A DNA stretch of 64,000 nucleotides from Pristiophorus japonicus (Eukaryota), in contig NC_091978.1 of the NCBI RefSeq assembly GCF_044704955.1, forward strand, positions 319,920,001-319,984,000, written 5' to 3'. Every line of letters starts with the position of its first letter. Within the stretch, counting starts at the first letter, position 1. The notes beneath the pieces are model-generated. The model was not told the origin of the DNA and made no database searches. It saw only the letters and a list, made by a program, of their open reading frames with translations. This document shows positions 39,562-50,023 of this stretch, one piece after another. Made by a program: the position numbers and the translations under genes.

Positions 39562-40558
39562 AATCTTACTGAGTTTTGCATCCGTGGTTTACGATGTTGT
39601 TCCAGGTATCCAATTTTCTACCGAGACACAGAAAATATCCAGAAATGATCTGTGTTAGAATGATCCTGCTTCCGATATTGCTATTTGTTTGTTAACACAT
39701 TAGTATCGCTGAGTGTACATTAATGTTTCAACATACTGGTTAAGATTTTGAAATGTTTGGGCATAAAGTAAGTTTGTCAACTCTGGTTCGATGTATTCCT
39801 TGAGGTTTGATCACATGACGGTTGATCACATGACATTTGCCCGCAGTTTGTAAATATTCTTGTACTGAGCAGGTGTGGAGAACTCTATTGGACATGGTTC
39901 TTGTTCCAGTGTTCTGAGATTGTTGTTGTAGTTCACAAGCCTTTCAGAACACGTGCAAAGGAAGTGTGCTGGAGGCTTCAGCCTGACCCCAGTACCTTAG
40001 CTTGAGCTGTGGAGGAGACACATTTCAAGCCAATGGAGCAAGAAGAAACCACGCGCTCAAAACAGCTGTTTGAACATCAGCACCTTCACCTGAAACACTG
40101 GAGCAAATACAGTTTATGTTATATCCACACATAAGTCTATACTTCTCTTTAAACCATTCTTAAATACAATAATAAAACAAACCTGTAGCTCTAGCTTCTC
40201 ACAGACTTGTCGGTGCTCAGATATACAATACAGTATCAGTAGATGGTTCGGGGCCTGCTCACCTCCATGTCTGACTGCACATCCTCACTTCAGATGGAGG
40301 GAAAAAAGAGCCAATCAAAATACAAACTTGCTGCTGTTGCCAAGCCGTTCTAACAAATTATAATCCATGAATGAAAACTTTTCGAGGCAGAGATGAGGAT
40401 CATTTGTTTTTTTTAAAGAAACTTTTTCAGCTAATTATCGGAAGAGGAGCCATGAGTTAATCTGCATAATACAACAAAGCACAACAGTCATTGGCTCCAC
40501 CTGCTGCACCACTGACCCACGAATGAAGGGCAGCAGATGGTCCGGGAGTCCCACAGCC

Positions 40559-40879
40559 ATGCCACTAATCGATCTCCAGGCAAAGCTCGGCATCGATATT
40601 GACAAATGGCTGCTGATCCAAAGTGGTGTGCAACCCAATAAACGTGCAGTTCGTTGCCAAGTGTTTGAGAAGGAGTGGATTGAATGCGCACATGGAATTG
40701 AGAAAATCCGAGCCAAGAAGTGGTGTAAACTGGAGATGGACGATTTCTATGAATGTATGCACTGGCAAAAATTGCAAAGGAGGCTGCATGAAATCAAAAC
40801 ACAAAAGGAAAAGCTGATCAAGGAAGGCAAGTACACTCCTCTAGACCACCACGCTGGCAATGATGAGCCATGTCCATAG
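40559..40879 (+). pseudogene. NDUFS5: Processed (intronless) retrocopy of NDUFS5 (complex I 15 kDa subunit); 106 aa ORF still open
   Basis: [42 protein letters not shown]...[11 protein letters not shown]...[11 protein letters not shown]. Twin CX9C motif; same length as vertebrate NDUFS5; no intron. AATAAA at 41052, ATTAAA at 41083, A-tract from 41103. Confidence 0.92.
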
Positions 40880-42317
40880 GTGCTGCCCTCCACTTCATCA
40901 CACCGGCAGGAGCAACTGTCGGGATCCTCCCAAAAGTTCCAGTCAAAGGCTGGACCGTTGCAGTTGGTCTGTGCTAAAGATTATCGTGGAACAGTATACA
41001 CCATGTATATCTAGTTTAGATGAGTTGTTTTGGGGATGGCCATCCTGGGACAATAAATCTGTGTAACTTACCATCAAAGAGAATTAAATCTAATTAATTA
41101 TGAAAAAAAAACAAGGCTAGCATCGAAAAAAAAAGAAAAAAAAACAAGGCTAGCAAAAAAAAACAAGGCATGCTTTCAGACTATTAATTTTCTTGCAGTG
41201 ACTTGACTCCGTTAAATAAACATCAAGGATCTTTTTGCCAAAAAAACAAGGCATGCTTAATAGGAAAACAATATAGGTAAGAGGTCCGTCAGAGCATCAC
41301 TGCGTAACACAATAGTGCACATCTTCTTCCACATTTTCTCCTGAGTTGCTTGCAGCAGTGCCCGGGAGATTCATGTGCCATTCCCGAACCCTCACCAACA
41401 ATCCGGGAGGGTTGGCAACCAAGCCCTAAAGATGGAACAAACAAGACTTCCAGAAGCTCAAACAATGTGCCAGAACACTATAGTGAGAGAGAACATAGCT
41501 ACACTAAAATTACTAGTACCTCACTGAGAATTATTTTGTTTGTGCAGTGCTTGCTGCACCCGTAGGGAAATAGTTCGCAGCTTAAAAGTGCTAGAAAGCT
41601 ACTGTAAAGGTTGCAGAGAGGCAGTTAATTTCCAGAAAGCTAGCTTTGTTATTTTTTGATTGCTTTATAATCCGTCTGCATAGGCCAATATGAAAGGGAT
41701 TATATAGTGTAACTTTACAGACTGATTGAGCCTTCCTAAAAACCCCACTTCTGTTTGCAATCATTGTGTTTTTGGCAATTTGGAGTTGACCTTGTCAGAG
41801 TAGTGCCATGCTCAGTCATTGCTGCCTAATCAGCCGCCTAATCGACACAGGTGCAGAAGCATATTCAGATCCTGATCTCTGTGCAGATGTTGATCTGTGT
41901 TTTGGCTCAGTTTGTAATTGCATAACGTGGACAAGATATTTTCTCTGTAAGCATCCATGGTTCTCACATGTAGGTCTGGGGAGTGCTATGTGCACAACAT
42001 ATTTCCCAACATGCCTAACTTTTGGTGTTTCGAGATTTAAGTAAGTTCCATCATGCATCGTTACCGGTTAACCTTTTGAGTGGTGAATGGTTCCTGCAGT
42101 TTTAAGTCAGTGCAAGCAGTTCTTTACAAGCATCTTTCTATCAAATGCACGACCATTACAAAACAAAATTAGTGAAATATGTAACACCACAGAACGTGCT
42201 TGAAGAAATGCACAAAATTGTTACTTCGAATATTTGAAACAAATATCTTGCAGCAAAAGTCCCATACAAGAGTAAATGTTCCAACACTGACCCTGACACT
42301 ACTACTTACATCCCTCC

Positions 42318-42628
42318 GGCAGCGGGAGGCGGCATCAGAGGGGAGGCGGGAGTTCGAGGTGCGTGGAGAGGCCTATATAGGCCCAGCGGCAGAGGAGAGG
42401 CAGGAGTTCGAGGTGCGTGGAGAGGCCTATATAGGCCCAGCGGCAGCAGGAGACGGCGGCAGAGGAGAGGCGGGAGTTCGAGGTGTGTGGAGAGGCCTAT
42501 ATAGGCCCAGCGGCAGAGGAGAGGCAGGAGTTCGAGGTGCATGGAGAGGCCTATTAAGGCCCAGCGGCAGCAGGAGACGGCGGCAGAGGAGAGGCGGGAG
42601 TTCGAGGTGCGTGGAGAGGCCTATAAAG
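42318..42628 (+). promoter_or_regulatory. CR1 5' tandem monomer array (5 units; 54/70 bp alternating), each with a TATA/CArG-like element
   Basis: Unit gcggcagaggagaggcgggagttcgaggtgcgtggagaggcctatataggccca. Confidence 0.6.
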
Positions 42629-42817
42629 ACGTGTTTGTGCAGTTGCAGCGGGGAGAGAAGGCAAAAACAAGTAGAAAGAAATCGAAAGGTGACGTCACAG
42701 CCAAGGGGGTAAGTGATTGGCTGGTGATTGGTAAGTAGTTTTTCTTTTTCTTTTCTATATCAGTAAGTAACATTTAGCATTATTGTTGCCAAATTAAGTT
42801 TATCTAAGGGTTAAGTC

Positions 42818-43765
42818 ATGGCAGGACAGCTCGGACATGTGTTATGCTCCTCCTGTACTATGTGGGAAGTCAGGGACGCTTCCGGTGTCCCTGACGACTA
42901 CATGTGCGGGAAGTGCATCCACCTGCAGCTCCTGATGGACCGCATTGCGGTACTGGAGCTGCGGGTGGATTCACTCTGGAACATGCACGATGCTGAGAAT
43001 GACGTGAATAGCACGTTTAGAGAGTTGGTCTCACTGCAGGTAAAGGGTACACAGCCAGATAGTAAATGGGTGACCGACAGGAAGAGCAGTGCAAGGAAGG
43101 TCGTGCAGGGGTCCCCTGCGGTCATCCCCCTGCAAAACAGATACACCGCTTTGGGTACTGTTGAGGGGGATGCCTCATCAGGGGAGGGCAGCAGCAGCCA
43201 AGTTCATGGCACCATGGGTGGCTCTGCTGTACAGGAGGGCAGGAAAAAGAGTGGGAGAGCTATAGTGATAGGGGATTTGATTGTAAGGGGAATAGATAGG
43301 CGTTTCTGCGGCCGCAACCAAAACTCCAGGATGGTATGTTGCCTCCCTGGTGCAAGGGTCAAGGATGTCTCGGAGCGGGTGCAGGACATTCTGAAAAGAG
43401 AGCGTGAACAGCCAATTGTCGTGGTGCACATAGGTACCAACGATATAGGTAAAAAATGGGATGAGGTCCTACGAGACGAATATAGGGAGCTAGGAGCTAA
43501 ATTAAAAAGTAGGACCTCAAAAGTAGTAATCTCAGGATTGCTACCAATGCCACGTGCTAGTCAGAGTAGGAATCGCAGGATAGCCCAGATGAATATGTGG
43601 TTTGAGGAGTGGTGCAAAAGGGAGGGATTCAAATTCCTGGAACATTGGAACCGGTTCTGGGGGAGGTGGGACCAGTACAAACCGGACGGTCTGCATCTGA
43701 GCAGGACCGCAATCAATGTCCTCGGGGGAGTGTTTGCTAGTGCTGTTGGGGAGGAGTTAAATTAA
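42818..43765 (+). CDS. CR1 ORF1p (Zn finger-leucine zipper + SGNH/GDSL-like esterase), 315 aa, uninterrupted
   Basis: CSSC...CGKC; LQNRY; VIGDLIVRG (GDS motif mutated); HIGTND; DGLHL. Confidence 0.88.
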   Translation: MAGQLGHVLCSSCTMWEVRDASGVPDDYMCGKCIHLQLLMDRIAVLELRVDSLWNMHDAENDVNSTFRELVSLQVKGTQPDSKWVTDRKSSARKVVQGSPAVIPLQNRYTALGTVEGDASSGEGSSSQVHGTMGGSAVQEGRKKSGRAIVIGDLIVRGIDRRFCGRNQNSRMVCCLPGARVKDVSERVQDILKREREQPIVVVHIGTNDIGKKWDEVLRDEYRELGAKLKSRTSKVVISGLLPMPRASQSRNRRIAQMNMWFEEWCKREGFKFLEHWNRFWGRWDQYKPDGLHLSRTAINVLGGVFASAVGEELN

Positions 43766-46254
43766 CATGGCAGGGGGATGGGAACCTAGGTAGGGAGACA
43801 GAGGGAAATAAAATGGAGGCAGAAGCAAAACATAGAAAGGAGAATAGTAAAAGTGGAGGGCAGAGAAACCCAAGGCAAAAAACAAAAAGGGCCACATTAC
43901 AGCCAAATTCTAACGGGGCAAAGTGTGTTAAAAAGACAAGCCTGAAGGCTCTGTGCCTCAATGCGAGGAGTATTCGGAATAAGGTGGACGAATTAACAGC
44001 GCAGACAGCAGTTAACGGATATGATGTAATTGGCATCACGGAAACATGGCTCCAGGGTGATCAAGGCTGGGAACTCAACATCCAGGGGTATTCAACATTT
44101 AGGAAGGATAGGCAGAGAGGAAAAGGAGGCGGGGTGGCGTTGCTGGTTAAAAAGGAAATTAATGCTATAGTAAGGAGGGACATTAGCCTGGATGATGTGG
44201 AATCGGTATGGGTGGAGCTGCGGAATACCAAAGGGCAGAAAACGCTAGTGGGCGTTGTGTACAGACCACCAAACAGTAGTAATGAGGATGGGGACAGCAT
44301 CAAACAAGAAATAAGGGATATGTGCAATAAAGGTACAGCAGTTATCATGGGCGACTTTAATCTACATATTGATTGGGCTAACCAAACTGGTAGCAATGCG
44401 ATGGAGGAGGATTTTCTGGAGTGTATTAGGGATGGTTTTCTCGACCAATATATTGAGGAACCAACTACAGAGCTGGCCATCCTAGATTGGGTGATGTGTA
44501 ATGAGAAAGGACTAATTAGCAATCTTGTTGTGCGAGGCCCCTTGGGGAAGAGTGACCATAATATCGTAGAATTCTTTATTAAGATGGAGAGTGACACAGT
44601 TAATTCGGAAACTCGGGTCCTGAACTTAAGGAAAGGTAACTTCGACAGTATGAGGCGTGAATTGACTAGAATAGACTGGCAAAGCTTTGACGGTGGATAA
44701 GCAATGGCAAACATTTAAAGATCACATGGATGAACTTCAGCAATTGTACATCCCTGTCTGGAGTAAAAATAAAACGGAAAAGGTGGCTCAACCGTGGCTA
44801 ACAAGGGAAATTAAGGATAGTGTTAAAACCAAGGAAGAGGCATATAAATTGGCTAAAAAAAGTAACAAATCTGAGGACTGGGAGAAATTTAGAATTCAAC
44901 AAAGGAGAGCTAAGGGTTTAATTAAGAGGGGGAAAATAGAGTACGAGAGAAAGCTTGCAGGGAACATAAAAACTGATTGCAAAAGCTTCTATAAATATGT
45001 GAAGAAAAAAAGATTAGTGAAGACAAATGTAGGTCCCTTGCTGTCGGATTCAGATGAATTTATAATGGGGAACAAAGAAATGGCAGACCAGTTGAACAAA
45101 TACTTCGGTTCTGTCTTCACAAAGGAAGACACAAATAACCTTCCGAAAGTACTAAGGGACAGTCGGTCTAGTGAGAAGGAGGAACTGAAGGATATCCTTA
45201 TTAGGCAGGAAATTGTGTTAGGGAAATTGATGGAATTGAAGGCCGATAAATCCCTGGGGCCTGATAGTCTGCATCCCAGAGTACTTAAGGAAGTGGCCCT
45301 AGAAATAGTGGATGCATTGGTGATTATTTTCCAAAAGTCTATCGACTCTGGATCAGTTCCTATGGACTAGAGGGTAGCTAATGTAACACCACTTTGTAAA
45401 AAAGGAGGAAGTGAGAAAACGGGTAATTATAGACCGGTTAGCCTGACATCAGTCGTGGGGAAAATGTTGGAATCAATTATTAAGGATGAAATAGCAGCGC
45501 ATTTGGAAAGTAGTGACAGGATCTGTCCAAGTCAGCATGGATTTATGAAAGGGAAATCATGCTTGACGAATCTTCTGGAATTTTTTGAGGATGTAACTAG
45601 CAGTGTGGACAAGGGAGAACCAGTGGATGTGGTGTATTTGGACTTTCAAAAGGCTTTTGACAAGGTCCCGCACAAGAGATTGGTGTGCAAAATCAAAGTG
45701 CATGGTATTGAGGGTGATGTACTGACGTGGATAGAGAACTGGTTGGCAGACAGGAAGCAGAGAGTCGGGATAAACCGGTCCTTTTCAGAATGGCAGGCAG
45801 TGACTAGTGGAGTGCTGCAGGGCTCAATGCTGGGACCCCAGCTCTTTACAATATACATTAACGATTTGGATGAAGGAATTGAGTGTAATATCTCCAAGTT
45901 TGCAGATGACACTAAACTGGGTGGCGGTGTGAGCTGTGAGGAGGACGTTAAAAGGCTGCAGGGTGATTTGGACAGGTTAGGTGAGTGGGCAAATGCATGG
46001 CAGATGCAGTATAATATGGATAAATGTGAAGTTATCCATTTTGGGGGCAAAAACACGAAGGTAGAATATTATCTGAATGGCCTCCTGCACCTATTTTTAT
46101 GTTTCCTGTTCAAAAGACGTCCATTAACCATTGCTCTTTGTTTTTGACTACGCAACAACACTGACTACACCTTGAAAGTAAGTCATTGGCTGTGAAACAC
46201 TTTAGGACATCCTGGGCTGTAAAAGGCATGAAATAGATGCAAGTTCTTTCTTCT

Positions 46255-46960
46255 TTCTTAACCAGCATTATTTTCATTACCAACAAATTCCCATCAATAC
46301 CATATGCCTTAATTTATATCAACAAACCTCCGATATCACTGCATTTCCTTTATCATTACACTATTATTTCCTCAAAGAATACTATTAAATTTGTCAGACA
46401 TGACTTGAATATTATAAACTTGTGCTGGCTGTTCTAATTACCCCACATCTTTCTAAGTGAGTATTAATTTGATCCCATAGTATGGCTTATCCATTATGAA
46501 TATTAAGTCAACTGGCCTATAAGTTTACCTTTCTCTCTCTTTATACAGAGGAGTTACAATAGCAATCCGCCAGGCCTCTGGCACATTTACTATGTCCAAA
46601 AATGTGAGCAGAGCCTACGCAATCTCTTGACTTTTCTCAGTGTTCCCGGATGCAAGCTGATGGGCCTGTTACCTTTTTCACTTTGAGTTCTGTCCCTCTA
46701 ATCTGCCTATTTAAATGATTCACCTCCTCGTCTTGTATCCTTTCATTCCCACTACCATACTCTCTGTGAAAACATATGCAAAGTACACATTTAGTATCTC
46801 TGCCATTCTTTCATGCTCCAGTGGGAAGATTTACACTTTCATCTCTAATCGGCCTTACCCTTTCTTAAACTATTCATTTACTTTTATGCATTTATGTCCA
46901 ATTCTTTCTTGTTTTCTTTTAATGCCCAGCTCTCTCTCGGCCATTCTAATCTCCTTTTTT
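46255..46960 (-). mobile_element. Very old CR1 ORF2 remnants
   Basis: Reverse-complement matches to CR1 motifs (aaatttgtcagacatgactt, tgtgctggct, atctctgccatt). Confidence 0.4.
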
Positions 46961-47274
46961 GCTTCTCCGATGGAAAGGAAATTTAGCAATTGGATGAACC
47001 AGATTTGCTGTTTTTGAAGTGCACAAAAAAGATTGTTAGATTGCTAGCGGCTTCCGGTCCTCCAGCAGATGCCAGTTTCAGTCGACAAGATAGATAACAA
47101 AAGTGTTCCTAATTCAAGTAAAAATTGGCGAAATCTAAATCTTTTGGAACGAGCAGGAAAAGATAGATCTATGGATGAGACAGTACTGCCGAAGCAATTG
47201 AGCGTTTCCACTGTAGTTGGAACAGTTTTCTATGCATGTTTCTTAATCAACAAGTCTCCTCACATATCACAGTA

Positions 47275-47588
47275 CAGGTTTAACCTCCATTATCCAGGAC
47301 TCGCTTATCTGGCACCACCTCTCGTCCAGAACCATTCCCGGTCACTCCGACTTGAACAAATTGAAGTCCTTCCTCGCTGCCGACTCCCGCAATCGTGACC
47401 TGACCCTGCGATCCACCACTGCCCACCCCCCACGATCTCTCTGCCGCACTCCCAGCCCCAAGCCAACCAGCCCCGATATCCCCTTGCTCAGTACTTGTAC
47501 CATCCAATTTAATGTGCCTCATCCGGCAAAGTCCCTTATCCGGCATAGGCCAGGTTCCAAAGGTGCTGGATAAGAGAGCTTGAACCTG
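47275..47588. mobile_element. Tigger-like MITE
   Basis: TA|caggtttaacctc...gcttgaacctg|TA. Confidence 0.8.
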
Positions 47589-47743
47589 TACTATGTATTT
47601 CTCTTGTGAGCTAAAATAAAGTAGCTTTGCTCTTTGCATTTATTTGTGAATTAACAAGGAGAATTCTTCCGATAACATTCCCCTTCCTAACGTGTATGTC
47701 ATCAGAATTCCAAAACACATCCATTTTCTGTTGTTTCTGTGTA

Positions 47744-48073
47744 CAGGTTGAACCTCCCTTATCCAGAACTCCCTTATCCGGAACCACTCCTCGTCCAGAA
47801 CCATTCCCGGCCACCGGATGGCACATGCGCGAACAAATTGAAGTCTTTCCTTGCAGCCGACTCCTGGAATCGCTGGCCTGACCCCACGATCCCCCCTCCC
47901 CACCCCCGCCATGATCTCTCTGCCGCACTCCCAGCCGCAAGCAAGCCAGCCCCGATATCCCCTTGCTCAGTACCTATACCATCCAATTTAACATGACCAC
48001 CCCTCGTCCGGAAAAATCCCTTATCCAGAGCAGGCCAGGTCACGAGGGTTCCGGCTAAAGGAGGTTCAACCTG
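47744..48073. mobile_element. Tigger-like MITE (same family as 47275)
   Basis: TA|caggttgaacctcc...ggaggttcaacctg; colinear with 47275-47588. Confidence 0.8.
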
Positions 48074-48399
48074 TCATTTATATACTATTTAACATTAAAT
48101 GTTACAAATTGTATTCGTTACAGGTTGCAGCGAAACACAACTAACTGTTGTAATGTGCAATGCAAAAATGTTGTTCATATAGCTCAGATGAAAGTGGCCC
48201 TTAAGCTTGGCTGATTTATTAGCTGCATATGAATGATTTTATAGACAAATTGGTCTGTGAGCGAATTTGTGCTCTTATTCATTTGTAAGTGATCTCTTGT
48301 GTAGGCTTTGTTCACACGTTTCCATGTGAGGAACCTTGTGCGCACATTAACATTTTAGAGACCACAGATGCTTGTGCATTTGCTGGCATGTACGGTATA

Positions 48400-48750
48400 G
48401 GGTACGATAGCACAGTGGTTATGTTACTGGACTAATAATCCAGAGGCCTGGAGTAATGATCCAGTGAGTTTAAATCCCACTACAGCAGCTGGGTAATTTA
48501 AAATTCTATTAATTAAATAAATCTGGAATAAAATAGTGATTTTTAAAAAAACCTACTGGATTGTTGTAAAACCCCATCTGGTTCACTAATGTCTTTTAGG
48601 GAAGGAAATCTGCCGTCCCTACCCAGTCTGGCCTATATGTGACTCCAGACCCACAGCAATATGGTTAACTCTGAAATGGCCTAGCAAGGGCAATCAGGGT
48701 TGGGCAATAAATGCCGGTCTTGCCAGCGACGCCCACATCCCATGACCGAA
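48400..48750 (+). mobile_element. tRNA-headed SINE made of the 5' head and 3' tail of the 7547-10697 LINE
   Basis: A-box TAGCACAGTGG (48408-48418), B-box-like GAGTTTAAATCCC (~48466-48478). Body matches 7547-7795; tail gggcaataaatgccggtcttgccagcgacgcccacatcccatga matches 10628-10686. Confidence 0.9.
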
Positions 48751-49230
48751 TTTTGTAAAAATGTGAGTGGTTTCAGTTAAACATTAAATATGTTAGCATC
48801 CTCATGAATATCTGAACAGTCCTGAGCTTTTAATCTTTTTGTTTCCTCCCATGCTTTTGTTATATTTCTAGCACTCTGTCTTTTTTGCTTTTCACTCTTT
48901 TTCGCTTTCTTTTTTTGACATCTGCATACATTTCAATTGCTTTTTGTTTTACTTCTCTTCCCCGATATCATCAACTTGGCTATCAATGTTGGTACAATTA
49001 ATTGCAGGGCCATATTGCAGTGCCAAGACTTTGCATTAGAATACAGTAAAGAAGCATGCAGTAAAAAAATTTGGGAGGATAAAGGACATTTTTTAAAAAA
49101 ATGCATTTTCAAATCTGATTTATTTTTTTAAATGAACACACTGATGTTGACTTCACAAACTAATATTAGTCACAGCTGGCAGAGGCCAGCTAACCTTTTC
49201 CTACAGCTGTTTCAGTTGTGCGCTGTTCAT

Positions 49231-50023
49231 CCCCTCCCCCTACCGCACTACACCAAAATTCAGGTGGAATGAAGTGGTTATAAAAGCGTCCATCAACACT
49301 GGTGCAGCTTGCCAAGCCAAGTATTTGGGTTGGAAGTTATACCTCCCCAACTGCTTCAAAACAGGAAGTAAGTCTGTTAAGTGATGGATAGCTCTACTTT
49401 GCCTGGAGGAGGAGAAAAAAAAAAGGCCTTTGCTTCTGGGCGCTGAATGAGTTCTGCAGTTGTTCACAGTGTAAAAAAAACAGACTTGCTCAGAAGGACG
49501 GTAACTCCCCTTCAGGAGCTGGTCTAGGCAGATCTCATCCTTGCTGAAAATATTCAAAACCTGTCGTCCTGACAGAAACAGCCTGCAGGATTCCAGAGAC
49601 TCCATGTTGATTAAATACCAGATGTGCCTGACTCCAGGCTTTATTCTACAAAATGCTCACTGCTGTTTATCCCCATTCTGACAGGGTAAACTCTCAGTAT
49701 TGTGGCATATTCCTAATGAGCATGTGATTGTAGGGTGTGTTTTTCTGGTTTATTTTGTTTTTTTCCCCACTGTGCACGAGTCAGTAATTTGATGTGACAG
49801 CACTTGATATGTACATGGCTGTGCGAATTTGTACAAGGCCAGGTTGAAATGTGCATGACCATACAGATGTGTGCATGACCATGCTGATGTGTACGTAGCC
49901 CCACTGATTTGTATAAATATGGTTTTGAACTATACATTTAATTCCTTTCGTGGTCAGAATCAGGTAGACAACTGTGACCCATTGAAGCTGGTCCAAAATT
50001 CAGATTCTTCAGGCAGAACTAAT
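49231..50023 (+). promoter_or_regulatory. Candidate TATA promoter with possible short exons (unverified)
   Basis: cccctccccc at 49231, TATAAAAG at 49279, donor gaa|gtaagt at 49368. ATG 49653-49685 then gtaaac; ag|49958-50023|gtaaga open in phase 0. Confidence 0.25.

Larger units (their letters stand above)
42318..46105 (+). mobile_element. CR1 LINE with complete 5' end and an internal 3' deletion
   Basis: Tandem-monomer 5' UTR, ORF1, and ORF2 in three pieces (43813..44700 APE; 44687..45370; 45455..46147 RT with FADD). Jumps to the 3' tail at ~46080. Confidence 0.95.

Noticed and set aside
40523-40558. N-terminally extended NDUFS5 from ATG 40523
   Set aside because: Homology starts at ATG 40559 (gccATG context); the extension is probably 5' UTR.
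40559-40879. NUMT
   Set aside because: NDUFS5 is nuclear-encoded; the poly(A) tail indicates mRNA retroposition.
44061-44714. Long antisense ORFs over CR1 (also 45646..46056, 52704..53039, 54069..54335)
   Set aside because: Shadow frames of CR1 ORF2, repeated in every copy.
48400-48480. Functional tRNA gene
   Set aside because: No complete cloverleaf or acceptor stem seen; continues into SINE body and LINE tail.
49240-49605. 121 aa minus-strand ORF as a gene
   Set aside because: No recognisable homology or splice context; atypical composition.
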